64,000 bases of DNA, taken from Gemmatimonadaceae bacterium (GTDB lineage Bacteria; Gemmatimonadota; Gemmatimonadetes; Gemmatimonadales; Gemmatimonadaceae). The notes beneath the pieces were generated by a model. The model was not told the origin of the DNA and did not search any database. It was given only the letters and a program-made list of their open reading frames with translations. Both the position numbers and the translations under genes were made by a program. The stretch is taken from contig JANRJP010000037.1 of assembly GCA_033763905.1 (NCBI GenBank), forward strand, positions 64,001 through 128,000. The letters are read 5' to 3'. Positions 51,521-60,747 of this stretch are shown here, in pieces. Positions within the stretch are counted from its first letter, which is position 1; every line of letters begins with the position of its first letter.

Positions 51521-52030
51521 TCAGGTTTCGCGCGCCGCGAGGGCGCGCTTGAGGAGGGCGATCTGGCCAGCGTGGTAGGCCGCGTGCTGCACGATGCCCC
51601 ACGCCGTCGCGCGCGCCGACAAGCCACTCCCGAGCGGCGCGTCCCGGGTGTCGCCAATGCGCGCATCGAGTTGGCCTACCGATGCCGCCGCCAATTGGGC
51701 CGCCAGGGCATCGTGCGACGCCACCAACGCGTCTTGCGCCGCCTGCCACCGGGCGGCATCGGCGGTCGAAGGCACCTCGGGCCAGTCGCCCGCCGCAGGC
51801 TCGCGGACGTCCCCCTCGTGAAGGCGACGTCGCACTTCGTCGCACCACGACGTCAGATGCTGCACGATCTCCCAAATCGAGTGTGCGCCAGCAATCGGAC
51901 GCGCGGCGGCATCCAGAGCGGACACCCCGTCGAGCAGGTCCCGCACCGACGGCCCGTGCCACGGCGTCCCCTCGATCGCGTGGCCCAGGGCCGTCGCCAG
52001 ACGCACGCCTTCCGGAGTGTCCTTAGCCAT
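51521..52030 (-). CDS. DinB family protein
   Basis: PWHGPS, HSIWEIVQHL, QHAAYHAGQI. Confidence 0.88.
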   Translation of the reverse strand: MAKDTPEGVRLATALGHAIEGTPWHGPSVRDLLDGVSALDAAARPIAGAHSIWEIVQHLTSWCDEVRRRLHEGDVREPAAGDWPEVPSTADAARWQAAQDALVASHDALAAQLAAASVGQLDARIGDTRDAPLGSGLSARATAWGIVQHAAYHAGQIALLKRALAARET

Positions 52031-52625
52031 TGGCCCGCTCGAACACATTCAGCGCCGATCGTCGCGTCGCTCGCACCCAGCAGTGCAGGCCGACGGGAAT
52101 CAATCCCGCCGCGCGGAACGCACGCCGCCACACCGCCGGCGTCCGCCAGTGCCACCCGTCGAGATCGCCTTCCATCTCGTCCTCCGTCGAGTACGCCGGA
52201 AGATACGCGACCCCATCGCCAAGGTGTCCGGCCAACTCCGTCAGGCCGGCAGTCAGGCTGCGGGTCGGGATGTACTGCAGCACATCCGCGCAGATGACCA
52301 GATCGAAGCGGCCACGCACCCCGGCCGCCTTGAGCGCGCCGAATTCACCCAGCACCAGATTGCGCCGTCGGCCATAGCGCTGCACCGCGTAGGCACTGGG
52401 GTCGAGCCCCAAGTACCGCACGCCGCGACGCTGCTTGCGGAGCCACACGCCCCACTCGCCCTCGCCACAGCCGATGTCCAGCACGGAGGTCACGCGTCGA
52501 TCGAGCACGAGCTCGGCGGCCGCGAGGGCCACCGCGGCTCGGCGTTGCGTGAGATCGGGGGTGATCACCCGGGACCGTCCGGCGCGATACCAGCGGTCGA
52601 AGTAGGCGCGGTCGTAGGTCTTCAC
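52023..52625 (-). CDS. class I SAM-dependent methyltransferase
   Basis: KTYDRAYFDRWY, VLDIGCGEG, GLDPS, FDLVICADVLQY. Confidence 0.85.
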   Translation of the reverse strand: MKTYDRAYFDRWYRAGRSRVITPDLTQRRAAVALAAAELVLDRRVTSVLDIGCGEGEWGVWLRKQRRGVRYLGLDPSAYAVQRYGRRRNLVLGEFGALKAAGVRGRFDLVICADVLQYIPTRSLTAGLTELAGHLGDGVAYLPAYSTEDEMEGDLDGWHWRTPAVWRRAFRAAGLIPVGLHCWVRATRRSALNVFERANG

Positions 52626-52707
52626 CGCGGGAAACGTATCGCACAACAGCGGCCGCCGCCGGGGAGCCCGGCGGCGGCCGCACGAACATCTGCTGCCGTG
52701 GAAGCGC

Positions 52708-53211
52708 CTACGCCGCCTTCTTGAGTTGCTGCTTGAGGGCAACGCTCAGCAGTGCCGCCATCGTCTCGAGGTACTGCACGTCCGAGGCGGTCCAGTCCTT
52801 GATCACGCCGCAATGCTCGCAGCACAGCACCGCCACGGGCTGGCCGGCAATCAGGATGCACACATCCAGCAGCGAGCGGATGTCGAGCGGCGTGAAGTAC
52901 ACCTCATCGAAGCACGACGTCGCCGGATGCGAGGCCGCATCGGCCGCGACGATGCGGAGGTCCCGCTTGATGGCCGCGAAGTACTCCGGAAAGCTGTCCT
53001 CGTCCAGCTTGGTCCCACTCTGCAGCGAGCCGTCGCGGCTGTCGAACAGCATCGAGCAGTGAATCGTATCCTGCAGGCCGTTCAGGGCCCACACCGAGGC
53101 GCGCGTCGAACCGACGTGCTGTACGATGTCTCGGCAGACCGCCTCGTAGACGGCGGCAATGGCATCAGGGTTGGTCTTGAGGGTAGCGAGGGCAGCGCGA
53201 GCACGATCCAT
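52708..53211 (-). CDS. stand-alone GAF domain protein
   Basis: GGAG RBS; RASVW, FPEYFAAI, DAASHPAT, IRSLLDV, VLCCEH...W. Confidence 0.82.
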   Translation of the reverse strand: MDRARAALATLKTNPDAIAAVYEAVCRDIVQHVGSTRASVWALNGLQDTIHCSMLFDSRDGSLQSGTKLDEDSFPEYFAAIKRDLRIVAADAASHPATSCFDEVYFTPLDIRSLLDVCILIAGQPVAVLCCEHCGVIKDWTASDVQYLETMAALLSVALKQQLKKAA

Positions 53212-53296
53212 ATGCAGTCTCCACGAGAGGGGGGGGCGCGCATCCCATCCGAAGGAGCGCTTCTCCCGCCAGTATCGGCCGCGTCGTGCCTCCGCT

Positions 53297-53704
53297 TCAG
53301 CGCCCCGTCGCCGTCGGCCGGATCGCCCCGTCGACGGCACACCCCGACCACGTGGAGTCAGCCCAGGTGACCGCCGCGGTGAATGGGTACTCCGTTGCGG
53401 TCGTCCCATCGCGACACGGTTGCGGCTCGACCATCAGCTCGAATAGCGGCTCGGTCAGCGCACGGCGCCCACGCCAGCGCCGCCGCCCTGCTCCCGTATC
53501 CGGCGCGGTCGATGGAAACACGAGGGTCGGCGCCGATGCGCGGCGGAAGGTCACCGCGTTGGATGCGACTTCGACGGACCACGCCGGCGAGGTGCCGATC
53601 GCCGTCAACTCGACGCGGACCGCCTTCGGCTCCCGCGAACACCCCACCAGCGCCGCGAGGCACAACACCGCACGCCCTCGGTGGGTCAATAGGTCAACAC
53701 GCAT
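53297..53704 (-). CDS. putative lipoprotein (COG3650-like)
   Basis: LVGC lipobox; GTSPAWSV...PCRDG...YPFTA...GCA pattern. Confidence 0.6.
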   Translation of the reverse strand: MRVDLLTHRGRAVLCLAALVGCSREPKAVRVELTAIGTSPAWSVEVASNAVTFRRASAPTLVFPSTAPDTGAGRRRWRGRRALTEPLFELMVEPQPCRDGTTATEYPFTAAVTWADSTWSGCAVDGAIRPTATGR

Positions 53705-54225
53705 TCCACCGTCCGGTGCTCCAGTGCCGCGCGGCCACGCAAGCCGCTGAGTTCCATCAGAAAGCCGCACCCAATCACGGAAGCGCCGCCCGCCTCCGCC
53801 AACTGGCACACGGCCGCGGCGGTGCCTCCCGTCGCCAGCACGTCGTCGACCACCAGCACGCGATGTCCCGTCTCGAGCGCATCGGAATGCATTTCGATGG
53901 TGTCGGTGCCGTACTCCAAGTCGTACGTGACTCGCCGCGTCGCCGCCGGCAGCTTACCCGGCTTGCGGACCGGCACGAAGGCGGCGCCCAAGGCCAGCGC
54001 CACCGGCACGCCAAGCAGAAAGCCGCGGCTCTCGGGAGCCACGACGTGCGTCACCCCGCGCGTACGCCACGGCGCCGCCACGGCGTGCACCACCGCCGCG
54101 AGCAGCGCGGGCTGCGCCAGCACGGGGGTGATGTCCTTGAAGAGAATCCCCGGCTTCGGGAAGTCGGGGACATCGCGTATGGCGCGGCGCAACGCCGCAA
54201 CCACCTCGGGGCCAACTTGCGACAT
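53686..54225 (-). CDS. apt: adenine phosphoribosyltransferase
   Basis: PDFPKPGILFKDITP, ESRGF, RKPGKLP, YDLEYG, VDDVLATGGT. Confidence 0.96.
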   Translation of the reverse strand: MSQVGPEVVAALRRAIRDVPDFPKPGILFKDITPVLAQPALLAAVVHAVAAPWRTRGVTHVVAPESRGFLLGVPVALALGAAFVPVRKPGKLPAATRRVTYDLEYGTDTIEMHSDALETGHRVLVVDDVLATGGTAAAVCQLAEAGGASVIGCGFLMELSGLRGRAALEHRTVECVLTY

Positions 54226-54509
54226 CAGCGCACCTCGAACGGCAACGGAAGTGACGACGCCGGTCCGCGTCCCTGCTCGTGGACGGACTCGACGCGAGCG
54301 TGCGGCGGGCCGACCGCGAGCTCCTTGGCCAGCGCATCGAGCAGCGTGGGAGCGCCGCCAGCGACGACCTCCACACTCCCGTCCGAAAGATTGCGCGCCC
54401 AGCCCGCCAACCCCAGCCGCTGCGACTGGCGCACCACGAACCAGCGGTATCCTACCCCCTGCACGTGTCCGGTCACGCGCCACTCTCGACGCTCCGGAGC
54501 CGCGGTCAC
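54225..54509 (-). CDS. acyP: acylphosphatase
   Basis: GHVQGVGYRWF, GWARNLSDGSVE, GPPHARV. Confidence 0.93.
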   Translation of the reverse strand: MTAAPERREWRVTGHVQGVGYRWFVVRQSQRLGLAGWARNLSDGSVEVVAGGAPTLLDALAKELAVGPPHARVESVHEQGRGPASSLPLPFEVR

Positions 54510-55195
54510 GCCGGCCACCCTGCCGCGCCAATCAGCGGGACGAAGCGTACCGGTCCCAGATCGCGGGTGTCCGTGCCGGGCCCGCGACGCGTCACCACCA
54601 GCAATCGCTGTTCGTCGCGATCCCCGACGGGAATGACCAGCCGACCGCCCTCGCTCAGCTGCTCAACCAGCGGCGCGGGCACGCTCGGGGCGCCCGCCCC
54701 AACGAGTATCGCATCGAAGGGAGCCCAGCTCGCCCAGCCCAGTGTGCCGTCCCCCTGCAGGAACGACACGTTGGTGGCACCGCAGGCCACCAAGGCCTCG
54801 CGCGCCGACGGCAACAGCGCGCCAACCCGCTCCACCGTGAAGACCTGCGCGGCCAGATGGGCCAGCAGCGCCGTCTGGTAGCCGGAGCCGGTGCCGATCT
54901 CGAGGACGCGCTCGCGTCCGGTCAATTGTGCCACTTCCAATGAGCGCGCGTGGATGCTCGGCTGCGAAATGGTTTGTCCGCTGCCGATCGGCAATGCCGA
55001 ATCCTCGTACGCGCGGTGGCGCACGCCGCTGGGCACGAAGAGATGTCGCGGCACCGCATCGACCGCCTGCAGGACCGCGAGATCGCGAATCCCCTTGTCC
55101 TGCAGCGCTTCGACGAGCCGACGACGCGCCCCGCGGTACTCGGTCACTCCGCCCGGCGGCGTGGTCACCCGAGCACCGGCGGTGGCGCCCACCAC
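54506..55195 (-). CDS. pcm: protein-L-isoaspartate O-methyltransferase
   Basis: VPRHLFV, GQTISQP, LEIGTGSGY, GDGTLGW, VRFVPL. Start GTG 55195 (GGAGGA RBS) or 55168. Confidence 0.95.
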   Translation of the reverse strand: MVGATAGARVTTPPGGVTEYRGARRRLVEALQDKGIRDLAVLQAVDAVPRHLFVPSGVRHRAYEDSALPIGSGQTISQPSIHARSLEVAQLTGRERVLEIGTGSGYQTALLAHLAAQVFTVERVGALLPSAREALVACGATNVSFLQGDGTLGWASWAPFDAILVGAGAPSVPAPLVEQLSEGGRLVIPVGDRDEQRLLVVTRRGPGTDTRDLGPVRFVPLIGAAGWPA

Positions 55196-55935
55196 GTCGC
55201 CGCGTCCTCCAGCAGCTCGCGGTTCGTCAGGTCGAGATGCAGCGGCGTCACCGACACGAACCCATCGCGAATGGCCTGGAAGTCGCTGTCCGCGGGACCG
55301 GTCCACGTCGCCGAGCCGCCGCCGATCCAATAGACCGTCCGCCCCCAGGGGTCCTGCATCTGCTTGAGCGAATCGCTGTACAGGCGTTGACCGAGTCGCG
55401 TGAGGCGCACGCCTTGGACGTGTGCACCGATCAGCGGCGGCAGATTCACGTTCAGCAGCGTGTTGCGCGGCCACTGGAGCGTGGTCAGGTGCTTGATGAG
55501 CGTGGTCAGCAACGGGATCTGTGCATCGAGCAACGAGACATCTGCCCGCAAGTCGCCGCCGGCAAACGAAAACGCAATCGAGGGAATTCCCAAGGCGAGC
55601 CCTTCCATCGCGGCCGCCACCGTGCCGCTGTACAGCACGTCTTCGCCCATATTCTGCCCGTGGTTGACGCCGCTCAGGACGAAGTCGGGCTTCTCGGGGA
55701 GCAAGGCCTCGAGTCCGACCATCACGCAGTCGGTGGGCGTGCCGTCGACCTGCCAGCGTCGCTCACCTCGTCGCACCGGCCGAATGGGATGATGCAAGGT
55801 CAGCGAGTGGGACATCGCACTCTGCTCGCGATCGGGCGCCACGACCCAGGTCTCTCCGAGCGGCTCGGTGGCGCGGATCAGGCAGTCCAGACCGTGGGCG
55901 AGAATGCCGTCGTCGTTCGAAAGAAGAAAGCGCAT
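55165..55935 (-). CDS. surE: 5'/3'-nucleotidase SurE
   Basis: SNDDG, APDREQS, GTPTDCV, SGVNHGQN, YSGTVAAAMEG. Confidence 0.96.
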   Translation of the reverse strand: MRFLLSNDDGILAHGLDCLIRATEPLGETWVVAPDREQSAMSHSLTLHHPIRPVRRGERRWQVDGTPTDCVMVGLEALLPEKPDFVLSGVNHGQNMGEDVLYSGTVAAAMEGLALGIPSIAFSFAGGDLRADVSLLDAQIPLLTTLIKHLTTLQWPRNTLLNVNLPPLIGAHVQGVRLTRLGQRLYSDSLKQMQDPWGRTVYWIGGGSATWTGPADSDFQAIRDGFVSVTPLHLDLTNRELLEDAATWWAPPPVLG

Positions 55936-56330
55936 CAGGAAGCCGGAATGTCGTCGCCGACGGTGTGAGGAGGTGCGGCCGGTCGACCCGCCAGCAGATC
56001 GAGCACGGCGTGCAATTCGTGTTCGAGATCACGCGCTACGGCGGCGTCGAGTGCCGTCCGCGCGGCCCGGCGCAGCGTCCCGTCCTTCCGACGCTGCTCG
56101 ATCTGCTGGCGTGCGCCATCGATCGTGTACTTGTCCACGTACAGCAGGTGCTTCACCAGCTGAATCAGCTCGACGTCCTTCCGCTGGTACACCCGGTTGC
56201 CGGAGCGATTCTTGGCGGGGTGCAAAAATCGAAACTGGCTTTCCCAGTACCGGAGCACGTGCGGCTTGAGCCCTGTCAGCTCGCACACATCGCCGATCGC
56301 GAAGTACTCCTGCTTGGGCTCCTGAGTCAC
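55935..56330 (-). CDS. MerR family transcriptional regulator
   Basis: YFAIGDVCELTGLKPHVLRYWESQF...SGNRVY...YTIDGAR. Confidence 0.9.
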   Translation of the reverse strand: MTQEPKQEYFAIGDVCELTGLKPHVLRYWESQFRFLHPAKNRSGNRVYQRKDVELIQLVKHLLYVDKYTIDGARQQIEQRRKDGTLRRAARTALDAAVARDLEHELHAVLDLLAGRPAAPPHTVGDDIPAS

Positions 56331-57331
56331 GGCCGGCCCTCGTGCTTGAGGTCGCGCCCCATCAGCACCGCCAGCGCTACTGCGGGCGCTTCGCCCTCGA
56401 ACAGCATCCGGTACGTCGCACTCACGATCGGCATTTCGACGCCGTGCCGCTCGGCCAGCGCGCGCGCGCTCCGCGTCGTGACCACGCCCTCCGCGACGGT
56501 TTCCTTTCCTTCGAGCGCCTGCGCCAACGTGCGCCCCTCGCCGATCGCCACTCCGACGGCCCGATTGCGCGACAGCGCGCCGGTGCACGTCAGCACGAGA
56601 TCGCCCATTCCGGCGAGCCCGGCGAACGTCGCCGGCTCGGCGCCGAGCGCGACTCCGAGTCGCGTCATCTCGGCCAACCCACGCGTGATCAGCGCGGCGC
56701 GCGAATTGAGGCCGAGCCCGAGGCCCTCCCCGATCCCGGTCGCGACCGCCATCACGTTCTTCAGTGAGCCGCCCAGTTCCACGCCGCGCACGTCGTGCTG
56801 CGTGTACACGCGGAAGCAGTCGCTCGACAGCACCCGCTGGAAGCGCTCGGCGGCCGACTGATCCTCGGACGCCGCCACGATCGCCGTCGGCTGGCGCGCG
56901 GCGACTTCTGCCGCGAAGCTGGGCCCGGACAGTGCCACGATGGCGTGCCCCGGCAGAGCCTCCGCGACGACGTCCCCCATCAGCGCCAGCGTCCCTTCCT
57001 CGATACCCTTGGTCGCCACCCCAACCTGCGCGCCGGGTTCGATCGCCGACTGCAGTTGCGTCGCCACCCGACGCAAGAACGCCGATGGGGCGGCCAGAAT
57101 CACCAGCGAGGCACCGCGCACGGCCTCCGCGGCATCGCCCGTCGCGCGCACATTCGGAGACAGCGGTGATCCGGCAAGAAAGCGCGCGTTCTCGTGGCGC
57201 TCGTTGACCGTCGACACCACATCGGGCTCGCGGGCCCACAGCGTTACCGCGTGGCCATTGCGACCGAGCACATCGGCGAGCGCCGTGCCCCACGCGCCCG
57301 CGCCGACGACCGCAACACGCGTCGTGTTCAT
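56327..57331 (-). CDS. gpsA: NAD(P)H-dependent glycerol-3-phosphate dehydrogenase
   Basis: GAGAWGTA, TKGIE, SGPSFA, GGSLKNV, GDLVLTC, SRNR. Confidence 0.96.
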   Translation of the reverse strand: MNTTRVAVVGAGAWGTALADVLGRNGHAVTLWAREPDVVSTVNERHENARFLAGSPLSPNVRATGDAAEAVRGASLVILAAPSAFLRRVATQLQSAIEPGAQVGVATKGIEEGTLALMGDVVAEALPGHAIVALSGPSFAAEVAARQPTAIVAASEDQSAAERFQRVLSSDCFRVYTQHDVRGVELGGSLKNVMAVATGIGEGLGLGLNSRAALITRGLAEMTRLGVALGAEPATFAGLAGMGDLVLTCTGALSRNRAVGVAIGEGRTLAQALEGKETVAEGVVTTRSARALAERHGVEMPIVSATYRMLFEGEAPAVALAVLMGRDLKHEGRP

Positions 57332-57987
57332 CGCGGGGCCTCCGGCGCAGACGACGCCGCGCGCTTCTGCTTGAAGGAGTGTTCCTCTCCGCGGCGCAGT
57401 CGCCCAATGTTGGCGCGGTGGGTCCACCACACGAATGCCGCGATCACGAATGAAGGCACCACGAAGATCGACCCCATCCCCTGAGTGCCGATCACGGCCA
57501 CCGGAAGCGCTGCCGCCGCCAACAGCGAGCCAAGCGAGACGTACCCCGTCAGCCAGACGGTGACGGCGAAGATCGACGTGGTGATCAGCACCGCGAGTGG
57601 CGCGAGCCCGAGGAAGACGCCGGCCCCGGTCGCGACGCCCTTGCCGCCGCCGCGCCACAGCAGGAAGATCGGCTTGGCGTGGCCGGCAATGGCCATCGCG
57701 CCGTAGGCGATGGCCCATCGATCCGCGACCTGCGTCTCGACGAAGTACGGCAGCAAGAAGGCAGGCCCAAAGCCCTTCAGGGCATCGAGCAAAAACACCG
57801 GCGCGGCCCAGGCCCAGCCGAGGGTCCGCAGCACGTTGGTGGCGCCGAGATTGCCAGAGCCCACCGTACGCAGATCAATGCCCTTGAGCCGCCCCGCGAG
57901 GTACGCGAACGGGATCGATCCGGAGAGATAGGCCAGCACCAGGCCGACCCACGGGGCGAGCAGTCCATCGCGAACGATCGGCAACAT
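57328..57987 (-). CDS. plsY: glycerol-3-phosphate acyltransferase PlsY
   Basis: GSIP, GSGNLGATN, GGKGVAT, HRANIGRL..GEE. Confidence 0.95.
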   Translation of the reverse strand: MLPIVRDGLLAPWVGLVLAYLSGSIPFAYLAGRLKGIDLRTVGSGNLGATNVLRTLGWAWAAPVFLLDALKGFGPAFLLPYFVETQVADRWAIAYGAMAIAGHAKPIFLLWRGGGKGVATGAGVFLGLAPLAVLITTSIFAVTVWLTGYVSLGSLLAAAALPVAVIGTQGMGSIFVVPSFVIAAFVWWTHRANIGRLRRGEEHSFKQKRAASSAPEAPR

Positions 57988-57996
57988 CCGGGCTCC

Positions 57997-59337
57997 TCAG
58001 CGACGTCCGTCGTCGTGGCGGTCTTCGTTCTTTCGCTTGAGCGTGATCCGCAACGGGTTGCCGGTCCAGCCGAACGCCTCCCGGAATCCGTTGTGCAAGT
58101 AGCGCACGTAGTGCTCCACCACGTAGTCCGGATGGTTGCCGAAGACCACGATCTGCGGCGGCGCCGTCTCGACCTGCGTCGCGTAGTTGAGCTTCACTTC
58201 CACCCCGACGTGCTGCGGCGGTTGGCGGCGGGCGGTCAGCTCACCCAGTCGCGCGTTGATCTGGCTCGTCGGCACCCGCTTGAGCCGCTCCCGCTCCACT
58301 TCCAGCATCACGTCGAGAATCCGCGTGACCCGCTGTCCCGTCGTCGCACTCGTGAAGAGAAACGGGACGTAATCGAGGAATGGCGCCTTCTCGACCATCT
58401 CCTTCTGGAACTTGTGCGCCGTCTTGTCGTCCTTTTCGACCAGGTCCCACTTGTTCACGACCATAATGAGCCCGCGTCCTGCATCCCACGCGAGGTGCGC
58501 GATCTTGAGATCCTGATCGACCAGCTTGGCAGTCCCGTCGATCAGCAGCACACACACGTCCGACGACTCGATCGCGCGACGCGTCCGCAGCGTCGAGTAG
58601 AACTCGACGCCTTCGTCGACCCGCGCCTGGCGCCGCAGGCCGGCGGTATCGACGAACACCACATCGCGCCCGTGGTACTTGAAGGGCGTGTCGATGGCAT
58701 CGCGCGTCGTGCCCGCAATGTCGCTGACGACCAACCGCTCCTCACCCAGCAGCCGGTTGATGAACGACGACTTGCCGACGTTCGGTCGACCGATCACCGC
58801 CACGCGGAGCGCATCGGTCTCGGGCGCCGGCGCCTCGGGAATGCGCTCGACGATCGAGTCGAGCAGATCACCGCTGCCCTTGCCGTTCGTCGCCGACACC
58901 GGGTAAGGATCGCCCCCGCCAAGGTTGTACAGCTCGTAGAACGACGGATCGCGCGGATCGTCCACCTTGTTGGCGACGAGCAGCCAGGGCTTGTTGTGCT
59001 CCCGCAAGAGATCGATGATCCGCCGATCGCTGGGATGCACACCGACTTGCGCGTCGAGCACGAGCAGGAGCAGATCGGCTTCGCCGATGGCCTGAATGAC
59101 CTGCTTCTTGATCTCGACGTCCATCGGCACGCGATCATCCATCGTCAGGCCGCCGGTGTCGACGAGATAGAACGTCCGACCGTTCCACTCGGTCAGCGCA
59201 AAATGCCGATCGCGCGTGGTGCCGGCTTCCTCGCTGACGATGGCGGTCCCCTGCCCGACGACGCGGTTGAACAGCGCGGACTTGCCGACATTCGGGCGCC
59301 CAACGAGCGCGACCACAGGAATCGGGGCGGCACTCAT
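57997..59337 (-). CDS. der: ribosome biogenesis GTPase Der (EngA)
   Basis: Two GRPNVGKS G-domains, GTTRD, DTGG/DTAG, NKVD/NKWD, C-terminal KH-like domain. Confidence 0.97.
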   Translation of the reverse strand: MSAAPIPVVALVGRPNVGKSALFNRVVGQGTAIVSEEAGTTRDRHFALTEWNGRTFYLVDTGGLTMDDRVPMDVEIKKQVIQAIGEADLLLLVLDAQVGVHPSDRRIIDLLREHNKPWLLVANKVDDPRDPSFYELYNLGGGDPYPVSATNGKGSGDLLDSIVERIPEAPAPETDALRVAVIGRPNVGKSSFINRLLGEERLVVSDIAGTTRDAIDTPFKYHGRDVVFVDTAGLRRQARVDEGVEFYSTLRTRRAIESSDVCVLLIDGTAKLVDQDLKIAHLAWDAGRGLIMVVNKWDLVEKDDKTAHKFQKEMVEKAPFLDYVPFLFTSATTGQRVTRILDVMLEVERERLKRVPTSQINARLGELTARRQPPQHVGVEVKLNYATQVETAPPQIVVFGNHPDYVVEHYVRYLHNGFREAFGWTGNPLRITLKRKNEDRHDDGRR

Positions 59338-60620
59338 AGCGGAGCTCCAGTCGCCTCGTGGGCGAGCACATCGAGGAAATCGTAGGACGGATACACCGGC
59401 ATCGGGAGCGACTCGCGCACCTCGACAAACCGCTGATCGTCGAGGAACAGCCCATCGTCGTTGATGCACTCGGCCGGAATCAACGCCAGATCCAGATCGA
59501 CGCGGCCCGCCAGCACGCGGGCAATGTCGGCCCCGACGAGCAAGCCGGCGGTCGTCGTCGTCGGACCGAAGAGCGAGTTCTCGGCGGTAATCAGCTCGAA
59601 CGTCGCGCCCGTCTGCTGCCGCAACGCGTCGAGAAGCTCCGGCATCAGCGGGGTCATCGAGGTCCCGGTGACCACGCCAATCCGCTTGCCGTCCAGCCGT
59701 GGCAGCTCGGCGACGCCGTCCGCCACCCGCTGGCGCAGCTTCGTCACCGCGCCGACGCCGTTCTCGATCTGTGCGAACTCGCCGTAGAACTCGGCGTCCG
59801 GCAGCGGTTGTCCGCTCAGCAGGTACAGCTCGTCCGATCCGAAGACCCAGCGCTCCCCACGCTCCGCCAAGGCGCGCGCCTGCCAGCGGTTCGCGTGCGC
59901 GAGAATGCGCGAGGCGTTCTCCGCGTCCATCGGCTTGCCCGTGTACAAATGCGAAAACTGGGTCACCCCGACGGGCACGATCGCGACGCTCAGACAGGCA
60001 TCGCCGAGGTTCCAGAGATCCTGCAACGACGCCTCGAGCACATCCCCGTCGTTGAGACCGGGGACGATCACCATCTGCCCGTGGAACTGGATGCCGCCCT
60101 CGGCCAATCGCGACAACTGTGCGACGATATCGGGGACGCGCGGATTGTTCAGCAGGACCTTCCGCGCCTCGTGGGGGGTGGCGTGCACGCTGACGTACAG
60201 CGGCGACAGCCGGTACTCGAGAATCCGCGCGATGTCCTTCTCCTTGACATTGGAGAGGGTCGCGAAGTTGCCGTACGCGAACGACAGCCGGTAATCGTCA
60301 TCCCGGACGTAGAGCGGACGGCGGAGCCCCTTGGGCAGGCCTTCGATGAAACAGAATTCGCAGCGGTTCGCGCAGCGCCGAATCGTCGGCGGCTCCAGCT
60401 GAATGCCGAACGGCTCGCGGTCCGGATTCTCGATCTCGAACTCGATCAGCTCCCCGTCAGGCAGCTGCGCTTCAAGGACGAACGCGTCTTCCGCGCTCAA
60501 AAACTCCCAGTCGAGAAAATCCTCAAGCTCGCGTCCGTCGATGCGCAGGAGCGCCGTCCCGGGGACAAGCCCCAGTTCTTCGCCAATCCCCCCTGCCTCG
60601 ACCCGCGCAATCTTGACCAT
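59334..60620 (-). CDS. PDZ plus radical-SAM-like DUF512 domain Fe-S protein
   Basis: CANRCEFCFI, DDDYRLSF.YGNF.TL, SPLYVSVH, QIENGVG. Confidence 0.88.
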   Translation of the reverse strand: MVKIARVEAGGIGEELGLVPGTALLRIDGRELEDFLDWEFLSAEDAFVLEAQLPDGELIEFEIENPDREPFGIQLEPPTIRRCANRCEFCFIEGLPKGLRRPLYVRDDDYRLSFAYGNFATLSNVKEKDIARILEYRLSPLYVSVHATPHEARKVLLNNPRVPDIVAQLSRLAEGGIQFHGQMVIVPGLNDGDVLEASLQDLWNLGDACLSVAIVPVGVTQFSHLYTGKPMDAENASRILAHANRWQARALAERGERWVFGSDELYLLSGQPLPDAEFYGEFAQIENGVGAVTKLRQRVADGVAELPRLDGKRIGVVTGTSMTPLMPELLDALRQQTGATFELITAENSLFGPTTTTAGLLVGADIARVLAGRVDLDLALIPAECINDDGLFLDDQRFVEVRESLPMPVYPSYDFLDVLAHEATGAPL

Positions 60621-60747
60621 TCAAGAAAGATCGCAGACGAATGAGTGGAAATCAATGCGCGACAACGACTTGCGCCCCACGTTTCGCGTCGCCGAATAGC
60701 ACCGCTGCGCAGTGCGACTTCGGCGACTCCTGCCGATACTCCCCGCA

